Source of the DNA: Desulfobacterales bacterium
GTDB taxonomy: Bacteria; Desulfobacterota; Desulfobacteria; Desulfobacterales; UBA2174
Assembly: GCA_963668645.2 (NCBI GenBank)
Contig: CAXXWC010000014.1
Span: 1-64,000 of the forward strand
Length of the DNA: 64,000 nt
Reading direction: 5' to 3'
Below, in pieces: positions 38,794-48,852 of this stretch (position 1 is its first letter; each line of letters starts with the position of its first letter). The position numbers were made by a program, and so were the translations under genes. The notes below the pieces were generated by a model, which was not told where the DNA came from, made no database searches, and saw only the letters and a list, made by a program, of their open reading frames with translations.

Positions 38794-40650
38794 ATGCACC
38801 GACTGCTTACCGATGCGCCCGGCCGCCAGATGCTGATGCTGGGCAACGAGGCTATCGCCCGCGGGGCCCTGGAGGCCGGGGTGGCCCTGGCCAGCACCTA
38901 TCCGGGGACCCCGTCCTCGGAGATCGCGCTGCATCTGTTTCAGATTTCGCGCGAAACCGATCTGACCTTCGAATACGCCACCAACGAGAAGGTGGCCATG
39001 GAAATGGCGGCCGCAGCGGCCAATGCCGGGTTGCGCGCCATGTGCGTGATGAAGCATGTGGGGCTCAACGTGGCGGCCGATGCCCTGATGACTCTGGCCT
39101 ACGTCGGGGTCAGCGGGGCACTGGTGATCGTCACGGCCGACGATCCATTCATGTTTTCGAGCCAGAACGAGCAGGACAACCGTTACTACGCCAAGCTTTC
39201 CGGACTGCCGATGATCGAGCCATCTTCGGTGGAAGAGGCCCGGCCGATGATGGCCGCGGCCTTCGAACTGTCCGAGCAGCTGGGCGAACCGGTCCTGTTT
39301 CGCACCACAACCCGCATCAACCACAGCACCGCTCCGGTGGCCCTCGGTTCTCTGGGCCAGCGGCGGACCCGGGGCAAGTTCGTCAAGGAGCCGATGCGGT
39401 GCGTGACGGTTCCGGCCGTTTCACGCCGGCTCCACGTCAAGTTGCTGGAAAATTATGAAAAGGCCGCCGCCTTGAGCGAGGCTTCGCCCTTCAACCAGGT
39501 CACGGGCAGCGGCACCTGGGGTGTGATCTGCAACGGGGTGAGCCACGGATACGTCCTGGACGCGGTGGCCGACCTGAATCTGGCCGAGCGGGTCCGGACC
39601 CTGCGCATCGGTTTTTCCCACCCCCTGCCCGAGCGTTTGATCACCGATTTTGTGGCCGGATGCGAACGGGTTCTGGTGGTCGAGGAAGGGGAGCCCTATC
39701 TTGAGGAAGGTGCCCGCGCCGCGGCCCAGGCCTCGGGCATCACCGTGCCGATCCGGGGCAAAGGCGCCGATCTCTTCTCCCGTCTTTACGAATTCGACCC
39801 GGCTCTGGTGCGCCGCTGCATGGCGGTCTACTTCGGTCTGGAGCCGCCCGGTGACCGCACGGTTGACCGCAGCGATGTGCCCGACCTGCCGCAACGGCCG
39901 CCCAACCTTTGTGCCGGGTGCAGCCATCGGGCCACCTTCTATGCGGTCAAGAAAGCTGCCGAGGACTTCGAGACCATATGCCCGACGGATATCGGTTGTT
40001 ACACCCTCGGGTTTTTACCCCCCCTTTCCATGGGCGATTTTCTTGTCTGCATGGGATCCTCGGCCGGTACGGCCTGCGGCTTTGCCGCCACCACCCCCGG
40101 CAAGAAGGTCATCGCCTTTATCGGCGATTCAACTTTTTTCCACTCTGGAATTCCCGGCCTGATCAACGCGGTTTTCAACAACCACGACATCACCCTGGTG
40201 ATTCTGGACAACGGTACCACCGCCATGACCGGCCATCAGCCCAATCCCGGCGTGGACATGGCGGCGCTGGGGATGCAAGGCTTCGGCCGGGTTTCCATCG
40301 AGGCGGTGGTGCGCGCCCTGGGGGTGGGCCACGTAGCGGTGGTGCGCCCCTACCGGGTGGAAAAAAGCGTGGCGGCCATCCGCGAGGCGATCGCCTTTCA
40401 GGGGGTTTCGGTGGTCATCAGCCAGGAGCTGTGCGCCCTTTACGCCCGCAGCCTCAAGCGGCCCCGGGCCAAGGCTTTCAGGGTGGGCGAAAAGTGCCGC
40501 AACCACCGCGACTGCATCAACCTGTTGGGGTGCCCGGCCTTCTATCTGGACGGCGAGAAGGTGTGCATCGATGCCGCGCTTTGCACCGGGTGCAGCGTCT
40601 GCGCCCAGATCTGTCCGGAGCACGCCATCGTGCCGGTCAAAAACTCTTGA
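38794..40650 (+). CDS. iorA: Indolepyruvate:ferredoxin oxidoreductase alpha subunit
   Basis: GNEAIARG, YPGTPSSE, NEKVA, KHVGLNVAAD, SQNEQDNR, CAGCSHR, GDSTFFHSG, C-terminal ferredoxin. Confidence 0.95.
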   Translation: MHRLLTDAPGRQMLMLGNEAIARGALEAGVALASTYPGTPSSEIALHLFQISRETDLTFEYATNEKVAMEMAAAAANAGLRAMCVMKHVGLNVAADALMTLAYVGVSGALVIVTADDPFMFSSQNEQDNRYYAKLSGLPMIEPSSVEEARPMMAAAFELSEQLGEPVLFRTTTRINHSTAPVALGSLGQRRTRGKFVKEPMRCVTVPAVSRRLHVKLLENYEKAAALSEASPFNQVTGSGTWGVICNGVSHGYVLDAVADLNLAERVRTLRIGFSHPLPERLITDFVAGCERVLVVEEGEPYLEEGARAAAQASGITVPIRGKGADLFSRLYEFDPALVRRCMAVYFGLEPPGDRTVDRSDVPDLPQRPPNLCAGCSHRATFYAVKKAAEDFETICPTDIGCYTLGFLPPLSMGDFLVCMGSSAGTACGFAATTPGKKVIAFIGDSTFFHSGIPGLINAVFNNHDITLVILDNGTTAMTGHQPNPGVDMAALGMQGFGRVSIEAVVRALGVGHVAVVRPYRVEKSVAAIREAIAFQGVSVVISQELCALYARSLKRPRAKAFRVGEKCRNHRDCINLLGCPAFYLDGEKVCIDAALCTGCSVCAQICPEHAIVPVKNS

Positions 40651-40675
40651 ATCTGGAAACTGGAAACTGAAAAAC

Positions 40676-41260
40676 ATGGAAACGACCCGATTGATCATCG
40701 TAGCGGTGGGCGGACAGGGGAATCTTTTGGCCTCCAAGGTGCTTGGCGAGGCGGCTGTGGCGGCCGGAGTGCCGGTGCGCATGAGCGAGATTCACGGAAT
40801 GGCCCAGCGCGGCGGGGTGGTCGAATCGGCCCTGGTCTTCGGCGACGCCCGCAGCACCGTCATCAGTGACGGGGAAGCGGACGTGGTGGTGGGCTTCGAG
40901 CCGCTGGAGACCCTGCGGGCGCTGAACAAATGCAATCCGCAAACCACCGTGATCACCAACCTCGCGCCTCTGCCCCCGTTTACGGTGGCCATCGGAAAGG
41001 GCGCCTATCCTGACCTGGACCACCTGCAAGGGCTGATCCGTTCGCGGGTGGCCCGCCTGATCGCCTTTGATGCCGTGGCCCTGGCGCAGGAGGCCGGCAG
41101 CATCCTCTCGGTGAACATGGTCCTGCTGGGCGGGTTGCTGCGCGCCGGGGTCCTGCCCCTGAGCGCCGACACGGTCCGTGAGACCATTCGCACCCGAACC
41201 AAGGCGGATTTTGTGGAGATGAACCTGGCGGCTTTCGAACTGGGATTTGCGCAGCATTAA
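40676..41260 (+). CDS. iorB: Indolepyruvate:ferredoxin oxidoreductase beta subunit
   Basis: VGGQG, SEIHGMAQRGG, FEPLE, NMVLLG. Confidence 0.93.
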   Translation: METTRLIIVAVGGQGNLLASKVLGEAAVAAGVPVRMSEIHGMAQRGGVVESALVFGDARSTVISDGEADVVVGFEPLETLRALNKCNPQTTVITNLAPLPPFTVAIGKGAYPDLDHLQGLIRSRVARLIAFDAVALAQEAGSILSVNMVLLGGLLRAGVLPLSADTVRETIRTRTKADFVEMNLAAFELGFAQH

Positions 41261-41387
41261 CCCCGTTCCCCGCAGCGCCGGGACCGCCGGCGCCCACCGG
41301 GCAGGGTGGACCGGTTTTGTGGGGGCTTGGCAGACTTAAACGATTCCAGATTCCGCCCGGCCAGTGCCGGGCCGTGGAACGGTAACC

Positions 41388-43316
41388 ATGACGAACTCGC
41401 ACGATTCCACGTCTTCTTCTCAGGCGGTTTTCCCGGGCGGGTCAGATGCCCCGGCGGCACTGGATGAAAATCGGTTGCGCACCGTGATCAACCATGCCCC
41501 CATCATCCTCTGGGCCCTGGATACCGATGGTGTTTTTACCTTCTGCGGCGGCAAGGGGCTCGAGGCTCTGGGATTCAAATCCGTTGAGCTGGTGGGGCGG
41601 TCCATGGTCGATGTCTGCGTCGATCTGCCATTGGGCATCGACGACGCCAAGCGCGCTTTGGCCGGCGAGGTGCTCACCCGCAACATCGCCATCGGCGACC
41701 GGCTCTTTGAAGTCCGCCAGGCGCCGTTGCGCGGCGAGGACGGCCGGATCCTGGGCGCCATCGGCGCCGCCTCCGACATAACCTGGCGCAAGGAGGCCGA
41801 GGCGGAACGCGATCGGCTCATCACGGCTGTCGAGCAGGCCACCGAGGATATCATCATCAGCGACGCCGAAGGGACGATTTTGTATGTCAATCCGGCGTTT
41901 GAAAGGATCACCGGCTACACCCGCCAGGAGGTTGTCGGCCAAAGCCCTTCCATTCTCAAAAGCGTTCGCCATGAGCGGGAATTTTATCAGCAGTTGTGGC
42001 AAACCGTTGCCGACGGAAAGGCTTGGACCGGACGCCTGATCAACCGCTGCAAGGACGGCCGCCAGGTCGAGCAGGACGCCAGCATCAGCCCCATTCGCGA
42101 CAGCCGCGGCCGGATCACCGGCTACGTTTCGGTCATGCGCGACATCAGCCGCCAACTGTTCATCGAGGCGCAACTGCGCCAGGCCCAGAAAATGGAAGCC
42201 ATAGGGACCCTGGCAGGCGGGATTGCCCACGATTTCAATAACATCCTGGCGGCCATCATCGGCTATACCGAGATCTCCCTCCAGGACCTTCCCGCCGAGA
42301 GCCCGACCCGGCGCAGTCTGCTCAATGTGCTCAAGGCCAGCGACCGGGCCAGCGACTTGGTCAAGCAGATCCTGGCCTTCAGCCGACAGAACTCGCAGGA
42401 ACCCAGGCCGGTGCAGGTCAAGAGCATCGTCAAGGAGGCGCTCAAGCTGCTGCGCGCGACCTTGCCGGCCACCATCACCATCCGCCAGCAGATCGTCAGC
42501 GACGACACCGTGATGGCAGACCCCACCCAGGTGCACCAGGTCCTGATGAATCTGGCGGCCAACGCCCAGCATGCCATGCTTGAAAACGGCGGCGAACTGG
42601 AGGTCGGTCTGACCTCCATGGATCTCGATCCGGCCCTGGCCACCCTCCACCCCAATCTGGCTCCGGGCCGCTACCTGAGACTGCGGGTGCGCGACACCGG
42701 GAGGGGAATCCCCCCGGAGCTGGTCGGGCGGATCTTCGATCCTTTTTTCACCACCAAAACCGACGGAAGCGGGATGGGCCTGTCAGTGGCCCACGGGATC
42801 ATCCAGGAGGCCGGCGGGACCATCGTGGTGGAAAGCATCCCGGGGCAAGGCTCGATTTTCGATGTGTTTCTGCCGGTGATTGTGGTGGAAACCAAGGCCG
42901 CGCCGAAGGAGTCCTCTCTGCTGCGGGTGGGCACTGAACGGATCCTTTTCGTGGACGACGAGCCCCTTCAGGTGGACATCAACCAGCAGATGCTCGGCCG
43001 GCTCGGTTACCAGGTCGCGGCCTTCAGCGACAGCCTGGCGGCCTTGGACCATTTTGGCCGTGATCCGCAGGCCTTCGATCTGGTGATCACCGACATGACC
43101 ATGCCGGGCATGACCGGCGACACCCTGGCCCAGCGTATTCTGGAGATACGTCCCGATCTGCCGGTGATTTTGTGCACCGGCTACAGCGAGAACATGACCC
43201 GGGAAAAGGCCGAGGCCATCGGCATCAGGGGGTTCGTGCTCAAGCCGATCATCCTGCGCGAACTGGACAAGATCCTGCGCCAGGTGCTGGACGCTGAAAA
43301 ACAGCCCCCCTCTTGA
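41388..43316 (+). CDS. Cytoplasmic PAS-PAS hybrid histidine kinase with receiver
   Basis: Two PAS domains, [20 protein letters not shown]-box, DPFFTTK..GSGMGL, VDDE..DMTMP..KP. Confidence 0.93.
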   Translation: MTNSHDSTSSSQAVFPGGSDAPAALDENRLRTVINHAPIILWALDTDGVFTFCGGKGLEALGFKSVELVGRSMVDVCVDLPLGIDDAKRALAGEVLTRNIAIGDRLFEVRQAPLRGEDGRILGAIGAASDITWRKEAEAERDRLITAVEQATEDIIISDAEGTILYVNPAFERITGYTRQEVVGQSPSILKSVRHEREFYQQLWQTVADGKAWTGRLINRCKDGRQVEQDASISPIRDSRGRITGYVSVMRDISRQLFIEAQLRQAQKMEAIGTLAGGIAHDFNNILAAIIGYTEISLQDLPAESPTRRSLLNVLKASDRASDLVKQILAFSRQNSQEPRPVQVKSIVKEALKLLRATLPATITIRQQIVSDDTVMADPTQVHQVLMNLAANAQHAMLENGGELEVGLTSMDLDPALATLHPNLAPGRYLRLRVRDTGRGIPPELVGRIFDPFFTTKTDGSGMGLSVAHGIIQEAGGTIVVESIPGQGSIFDVFLPVIVVETKAAPKESSLLRVGTERILFVDDEPLQVDINQQMLGRLGYQVAAFSDSLAALDHFGRDPQAFDLVITDMTMPGMTGDTLAQRILEIRPDLPVILCTGYSENMTREKAEAIGIRGFVLKPIILRELDKILRQVLDAEKQPPS

Positions 43317-43385
43317 AGTTCGTTTTTCCCACCCCGGGTTGCTCTGATTCGTATTTGACGATGGATGACTTTGACCTGCGCGTTC

Positions 43386-43583
43386 AGGCTCAGTCCCAAC
43401 CTGCTGATGCTGGAACGCATCAGCGAAACTTTGGCCGGCCGCGCCGTCTACGTCACCATTTGGCCCTTGACCCGGCGCGAGCGGATCGGTTCAGGCCGTG
43501 CGGGGATCTGGCGCGAACTTCTGGCGGCACCGTCCAGTGACTGGAAGCTCGTGCTGGCCGTACCCTGGTGGCAGGTAATCTAA
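43386..43583 (+). pseudogene. Decayed internal fragment of an AAA_14/DUF4143-type ATPase
   Basis: NLLMLERISETLAGRAVYVTIWPLTRRE matches the family GS.N...SE(S/T)LAGR motif; the GS codons are out of frame and Walker motifs and C-terminus are missing. Confidence 0.6.
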
Positions 43584-43593
43584 AATCATTCAC

Positions 43594-44232
43594 TTAACCG
43601 GTGGGTTGACCCTTGATCGGCCCGCCGATAGCCGCCTTGCCCGCCTTGGACCGCTTGGCCTGGGATTTGTGCTTGCGCACGCTGTAGCCGAAGGTGCCCA
43701 CCAGCTTGCCCAGGGCGAAGTAGCGCCCGTGCAGGTAGCAGATCGGCTTGGACCGGGAAAGCGCGAAGGCCCCGGTGCGCGGATCGATGTAGCGCTCATC
43801 GGCGTTGATGGCCACCACCTCGGAAAGAAACATATGGTGGGTGCCCAGGGGCAGGATCTGGCGCACGCGGCACTCGATGCTCAGCGGCGATTCATCGATC
43901 AGCGGGGCCTCGACCTTCTGGGCCTTGACCGGGGTCAGGCCGAGGGCCTGGAATTTGTCCACCTCGCGGCCGGACTTGACCCCGCACCAGTCCGTGGCCC
44001 GGGCCAGGGCCGCGGTGGTCAGGTTGATGACAAATTCCTTGCGCCGGCGGATGATCTCGTAGCTGTAGCGCCCGGGTCGCAACGAGATATAGCCCATGGG
44101 CGGATCGGTGCAGACCGTGCCGGTCCAGGCCACGGTGATGATGTTGAATCCCTCGGTCCAGGTGCCGCAGGTGACCAGGACCGCGGGCACGGGATAGATC
44201 ATGGTGCCCGGCTTCCAGGCGCGTTTGGTCAT
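43594..44232 (-). CDS. Flavin reductase family (flavoredoxin-like) protein
   Basis: YPVPAVLV, NIITVAW, EFVINL, CGVKSGREVDKF, ECRV, GTHHMF. Confidence 0.9.
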   Translation of the reverse strand: MTKRAWKPGTMIYPVPAVLVTCGTWTEGFNIITVAWTGTVCTDPPMGYISLRPGRYSYEIIRRRKEFVINLTTAALARATDWCGVKSGREVDKFQALGLTPVKAQKVEAPLIDESPLSIECRVRQILPLGTHHMFLSEVVAINADERYIDPRTGAFALSRSKPICYLHGRYFALGKLVGTFGYSVRKHKSQAKRSKAGKAAIGGPIKGQPTG

Positions 44233-44756
44233 GGCTTGAATCCTTTTTTGGCCGGCACCTGCACCGAAAGATCGACTCCGCGGGCCGCCAGGGCCGCATC
44301 CACGCTGCCAAGATCCATGCGCGCGCCGATCTCCAGCCCGGCGCGGGTAAACCCGCCGCGGGGCACTTCGAGGGCAAAACGCATTCCGTCGCCGGCCGAG
44401 ACCACCGGCGTCCGATCCAGGGGCGCGAGGGGATGGATCTCACGCAGTACGCCGGTGGCGTCGAAAAAGCCGATATCCAGACTCAGGGGCGTATCCTTCA
44501 TCCAGAAACTCAGCCGTTTGGGCCGGGCGTAGATAAAAAGCATCCCGGCGCCGGGGGCCAGGGTCGTGCGGCCCATCAATCCTCTCAGTACTTCCGGGTT
44601 GGTCACGGCCAGTTCGGCGCAGACCACAGCTCCGTCGATGCGGATCGGGTGGCAGTCTCCTGGCGGATCGGCCGCAAGAACCGGGGCTGCCGCCCACAAG
44701 AGCAGCGCCGGCACGAGGCCGCAGATTCTGAATCGCCTTTGTTTTGAGTTCGGCAT
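44229..44756 (-). CDS. DUF192-family exported protein
   Basis: RGLMGR, GMLF, FWMKDTPLSLDIGF, ALEV. Confidence 0.88.
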   Translation of the reverse strand: MPNSKQRRFRICGLVPALLLWAAAPVLAADPPGDCHPIRIDGAVVCAELAVTNPEVLRGLMGRTTLAPGAGMLFIYARPKRLSFWMKDTPLSLDIGFFDATGVLREIHPLAPLDRTPVVSAGDGMRFALEVPRGGFTRAGLEIGARMDLGSVDAALAARGVDLSVQVPAKKGFKP

Positions 44757-44770
44757 GCGCTTATCCTGAA

Positions 44771-44815
44771 TCAGACGGGTCAGACTGGTCAGACGGATCG
44801 GTCGAATCCGTCCGA
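44771..44815. repeat. Degenerate 9-nt tandem repeat (TCAGACnnn)
   Basis: tcagacggg tcagactgg tcagacgga tcggtcgaa tccgtccga; a related array lies at 53385-53420. Confidence 0.5.
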
Positions 44816-44996
44816 TCGCATGGGTCCGCCTTGATTCCGGGGCTATAGCGCCTCGCGGCAGCCCACGCAAGAGCCGGTCTTGGCGGATCGGCGTGCCGGT
44901 GCTTTACAAGCCCGGGCGGCTGTGCCATACATTGCCTTTTATCAGAACGGGTTAGGCTGATTATTGTTTTGATCGCGCAACAGGCGGGAAAATTTC

Positions 44997-46727
44997 ATGC
45001 TGCAAGAACTGGCGATCAAGAATTTTGCCATCATCGAGGACCTGCGCATCCAGCTCCAGCCGGGTCTGACGATTTTCAGCGGCGAAACCGGGGCCGGCAA
45101 GTCGATCATCATCAGCGCCGTGAGCCTCCTGCTCGGGTCCAGGGCCTCGGACCGGCTGATCCGCACCGGTGCCGAAAGCGCCGAACTCGAGGCCTTGTTC
45201 CAGGTTCCGGCAGACAGTGCCGCAGGTCTTGCCATGGCCCGGCACGGCTTTGCGGCGGCTGACGGGCTGGTCGTGCGCCGCGTTATCCGCCGCGACGGGG
45301 GCAACCGCATCTATGTCAACGGCAACCTGACCACCGTGGCGGTGCTCAACGCCCTGACCGAGAGTTTGGCGAGCATTTCCGGCCAGCACGCCCACCAAGG
45401 GCTGCTGCGCGAGGACCAGCATCTTCTGATCCTCGATCAGTTCGCCGGGTTGATGGATCTGCGCCAGGCGGTGGCCCGGGACCACGGCCTACTGCTGCCC
45501 CTGCTCGAAGCGCGCCGCTCCCTGGAGGCGCGCAAGACGCGCCAGGCCGAGCGGATGGAGCTGCTGCGCTTCCAGCGCAGCGAGATCGAGGGGGCCGGCA
45601 TTACCCGCGACGAGGATCTTTTGCTTGACCAGGAACGGCGCCGTCTGCGCCACGCCGCTACCCTCATCCAGACCCTGGGGGCAGGGATCGAGGTGCTTTA
45701 CGGTGCCGACGGCTCGGCCCTGGAGCAGGTGGCGGCCGTGGGTAAGGACCTGGGCCGGGCCGCCGAGATCGACACGCGGCTGGTCCAGATGGTCGAGCGG
45801 CTCGATGAGATCGGGGTGCTGATCACGGATCTGGCCGCCGATCTGCGCGACTGCCTGGGCACCATCCAGATTGATGAACAGCGCCTGGAGCAGGTCGAAG
45901 AACGGCTCGAAGTGCTGAGGCGGCTCAAGAAAAAGTACGGCGGGAGTCTGGAAAGCGTGCTGGACCGGCTGACGTCCATTTCCCGGGAATTGGAAGGGAT
46001 GGATCAGCTGGACGATGAGATCGTCGAAAACCGCAGCGCCATAGAGGCTGCCGCGGTCCGCCTGGCCGATGCCTGCCGGCGTCTTTCCGCCGCGCGCAGT
46101 AAGGCGGCGGCGAACCTGGGCCGGCAGGTGGAGACCGTGCTGGGAAACCTGCGCATGGAAGGCACGCGCTTCGAGGTGGTCCTGGAGCGTTCGCCGGCCG
46201 AGGCCCGCAACGATCCCCACCTGACGGTGGACGGGGCCTTGATCACCGAGATGGGGATCGACCAGGCGACCTTCATGATGGCGCCCAATATCGGCGAGAC
46301 CATGAAACCGATGGCGGTCATCGCCTCCGGGGGAGAGCTTTCACGGGTGGTCCTGGCGCTCAAGGCGATCCTGGCGGCCACAGCAAGCCTCGAAACCGTG
46401 GTTTTCGACGAGGTCGACGCCGGGATCGGCGGGGCCGTGGCCGAGGTGGTGGGCCGACAGCTCAAGTCCCTGTCCGGCCACCACCAGCTGATCTGTATCA
46501 CCCATCTGCCCCAGATCGCCAAATTCGGCGATCATCACTTCCGCATCGTCAAGACCGTGGCCGACGGGCGCACCCGCACCACCATAGAACCGCTGCACGG
46601 GCCCGGGCGCGTCGAGGAGCTTGCCAGGATGCTGGGGGGCGAGACCATCGGCGATCAGACCCTGGCCCATGCGCGCGAACTGCTCGGGCAGGTTCAGGCC
46701 TCCAGTGGCGCAGAGATAGGCCGATGA
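44997..46727 (+). CDS. recN: DNA repair protein RecN
   Basis: GETGAGKS, GQH, ASGGELSR, FDEVDAGIGG, ITHLPQIA, ELARML. Confidence 0.97.
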   Translation: MLQELAIKNFAIIEDLRIQLQPGLTIFSGETGAGKSIIISAVSLLLGSRASDRLIRTGAESAELEALFQVPADSAAGLAMARHGFAAADGLVVRRVIRRDGGNRIYVNGNLTTVAVLNALTESLASISGQHAHQGLLREDQHLLILDQFAGLMDLRQAVARDHGLLLPLLEARRSLEARKTRQAERMELLRFQRSEIEGAGITRDEDLLLDQERRRLRHAATLIQTLGAGIEVLYGADGSALEQVAAVGKDLGRAAEIDTRLVQMVERLDEIGVLITDLAADLRDCLGTIQIDEQRLEQVEERLEVLRRLKKKYGGSLESVLDRLTSISRELEGMDQLDDEIVENRSAIEAAAVRLADACRRLSAARSKAAANLGRQVETVLGNLRMEGTRFEVVLERSPAEARNDPHLTVDGALITEMGIDQATFMMAPNIGETMKPMAVIASGGELSRVVLALKAILAATASLETVVFDEVDAGIGGAVAEVVGRQLKSLSGHHQLICITHLPQIAKFGDHHFRIVKTVADGRTRTTIEPLHGPGRVEELARMLGGETIGDQTLAHARELLGQVQASSGAEIGR

Positions 46728-46787
46728 CCCCAGCAACCCACAGCGGGGGCGCGATCCGGCGGTCCCGGCACACTCGACTCGGAGCCC

Positions 46788-47627
46788 ATGTCATCCAATA
46801 GTCCACGATCGATGCTTTGCCCGCGCTGCCGGCGCCTGATCGGCCGCAGCGAGAAGGTTTGTCCCTATTGCGGGCTGCCCGCCCCCGGAGGAATGCGGCC
46901 GCTGGGGGCCGTGCTGCGGCGGCTCGATTCGCCCGATGATTTCCTGCGCATCCTGATCTGGATCAACGTGGTTTTTTTCGCGTTGACGATTTTTTTGAGC
47001 GCCGGCCGGATCCATTTTTCCGCCAACCCGTTCACTTTTCTGGCCCCCGACAACTGGAGCCTGCTGCGCCTGGGGGCCAGCGGGGTCCTGCCCATCGATC
47101 GGCTGGGCCGCTGGTGGACGCTGATCGCGGCCGGGTACCTGCACGGCGGATTGCTGCACATTTTTTTCAACATGGCCGCCCTGAACCAGATCGGCCGGTT
47201 GATCCTGCGCGAGTATGGGGTCTACCGGATGTTCGTGATCTATACCATCGGGTCGGCGGTGGGGTTTTTGACCTCCTACCTGGCCGGGGTCGTTTTGACC
47301 ATCGGGGCCTCGGCTGGCCTCTGTGCCCTGGTGGGGGCCGCCCTTTACTACGGCAAGCGCCGCGGGGGGATCTACGGGCAGGCCGTCTATCGCCAGACCA
47401 GCGGCTGGATCGTGGGGTTGATCCTCATCGGCCTGATGCCGGGGATCAACAACTGGGCCCACGGCGGCGGTTTGGCGGCCGGGGCGGCGGCGGCCCATCT
47501 GCTGGGATACATCGAGCGCCGGGCCGCGTCGCGCATCGATCGATTGCTGGGGCTGGCCGCGATGCTGCTCACCGGGGCGGTTCTGGCCTGGGCCCTGGTC
47601 AATGCCTTTTTCTTCCGGCCGGTTTGA
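46788..47627 (+). CDS. Rhomboid intramembrane serine protease with N-terminal zinc ribbon
   Basis: CPRC...CPYC; HGGLLHIFFNM, IGASAG, NWAHGGG. Confidence 0.92.
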   Translation: MSSNSPRSMLCPRCRRLIGRSEKVCPYCGLPAPGGMRPLGAVLRRLDSPDDFLRILIWINVVFFALTIFLSAGRIHFSANPFTFLAPDNWSLLRLGASGVLPIDRLGRWWTLIAAGYLHGGLLHIFFNMAALNQIGRLILREYGVYRMFVIYTIGSAVGFLTSYLAGVVLTIGASAGLCALVGAALYYGKRRGGIYGQAVYRQTSGWIVGLILIGLMPGINNWAHGGGLAAGAAAAHLLGYIERRAASRIDRLLGLAAMLLTGAVLAWALVNAFFFRPV

Positions 47628-47659
47628 CCTTGCCGGAATCGAAGTGGACCGCAGGGGAT

Positions 47660-48094
47660 TCAGGGGCGTTTCAGCGCCTGGAGCTGCTCGGCACTGCGCT
47701 GGCAGATGCCGGCCACCAGACTCAGGGCGCGGGTGAGGTGAAAAGGGGCTTCCTGGGGGACGCCCGAGCCGATCATGACCCGGGCCTTGTCCATGGCGCG
47801 TACCACATCGTCCCAGGAGGCGTCTCCGGTCAACCGGTGGGCCCCGAGGGCCTCGCCCATTACCAAAGCGAGCAGGGCCTCGCAGGAGGCCACCGCGCCG
47901 CGGCGGGCCGCCCCCTCAAGTTCCACGGCCTGCTGGAAACAGGCAGTGGCCCAGATCAGGCCGGATTTGATCTTTTCACAGAGGCTGAATGCCGCCACCG
48001 CCGGATCCAGAAAGGTCGTCGCGGCGGGCACGTCAAGCGCCTTTCGCCTGGCTGCAGACCGGAATGCAAATAAAAGATGCCATCGTGGGTTCAC
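47660..48094 (-). CDS. Hypothetical protein
   Basis: Helical ORF overlapping the tsaA stop; EKIKSGLIW and SGVPQEA.FHLT resemble a Desulfobacterales hypothetical family. Start uncertain (possibly GTG 48031). Confidence 0.6.
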   Translation of the reverse strand: MNPRWHLLFAFRSAARRKALDVPAATTFLDPAVAAFSLCEKIKSGLIWATACFQQAVELEGAARRGAVASCEALLALVMGEALGAHRLTGDASWDDVVRAMDKARVMIGSGVPQEAPFHLTRALSLVAGICQRSAEQLQALKRP

Positions 48095-48813
48095 CCTTTG
48101 TCCGACGAAGATTGGATGGGGACAATGTCCACCACTTCAATGCCTTCCGCAGACCTGCGCCAGCGGACATCGAGATCGTCGAGGCGCAGGCCGTGGATCC
48201 GGCCGTCCATTTTTGCGGCATAATAGGCCGGGCGCGGATCGCTGGCAAGCACTTGAACGATCAGTGGTGCGAGCCGGTCCGTCCCCCGGGTTTCCAGGCG
48301 GGCCAGGGCGGCCCGGGCATGCTGGGCAAACGTCACCGGCACGCAAGGCGGGGCCTGCTCGGCGAACCCGCCTGTGGCAAGGGGATGGGCATCGGCGTAA
48401 GGCAGGTAGGGCTTGATGTCCAGGACCGGTGTGCCGTCGAGAAAATCGACCCCCGCCAGATCGAGTTCCACCCTTTCATGCAGCCGGCGCAGGCCTTCGA
48501 GGCGTACGGCCGAAATGCCCACCGGATTGGGCCGGAACCCGCTGCGGGTGGCAAAAACACCCAGGCGCCGGTTCCCGCCGAGGCGCGGCGGGCGCACTGT
48601 CGGGCGCCAGCCGCGATCCAGGTGGGCATGGAACACAAAAACGACCCAGATGTGGCTGAAGGCTTCCAGGCCGGTCAGGGCTTCGGGGCGCGCGTAGGGC
48701 GGGTAGAGCTCCAGAACGGCACGCGCATCCGGGGCCAGGTTCGGCTGGCGAGGGATGCCGAATTTTTCCTTGAAGCAGGAACGGATCCGGCCGATGGGAA
48801 CAAAACGGTACAA
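48091..48813 (-). CDS. tsaA: tRNA (N6-threonylcarbamoyladenosine(37)-N6)-methyltransferase TrmO
   Basis: EKFGIPRQP, FSHIW, VRPPRLGGN, GVFATRS.FRPNP, DGTPVLDIKPY, DPRPAY; TTG start with GGAG RBS. Confidence 0.93.
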   Translation of the reverse strand: MYRFVPIGRIRSCFKEKFGIPRQPNLAPDARAVLELYPPYARPEALTGLEAFSHIWVVFVFHAHLDRGWRPTVRPPRLGGNRRLGVFATRSGFRPNPVGISAVRLEGLRRLHERVELDLAGVDFLDGTPVLDIKPYLPYADAHPLATGGFAEQAPPCVPVTFAQHARAALARLETRGTDRLAPLIVQVLASDPRPAYYAAKMDGRIHGLRLDDLDVRWRRSAEGIEVVDIVPIQSSSDKG

Positions 48814-48852
48814 TCGATGCTCCTGGGGCCGTTTTAAAGTTTAAAGGGCCGA

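Noticed and set aside
40654..40683. TGGAAAC heptamer repeats between iorA and iorB
   Set aside because: Only 2-4 degenerate copies with no spacers; not CRISPR-like and no supportable function.
48033..48083. Short Cys-containing frame MASFICIPVCSQAKGA-TGA as a second selenoprotein candidate
   Set aside because: More TGA stops follow soon after and the downstream sequence is not protein-like; the real gene appears to be in another frame.
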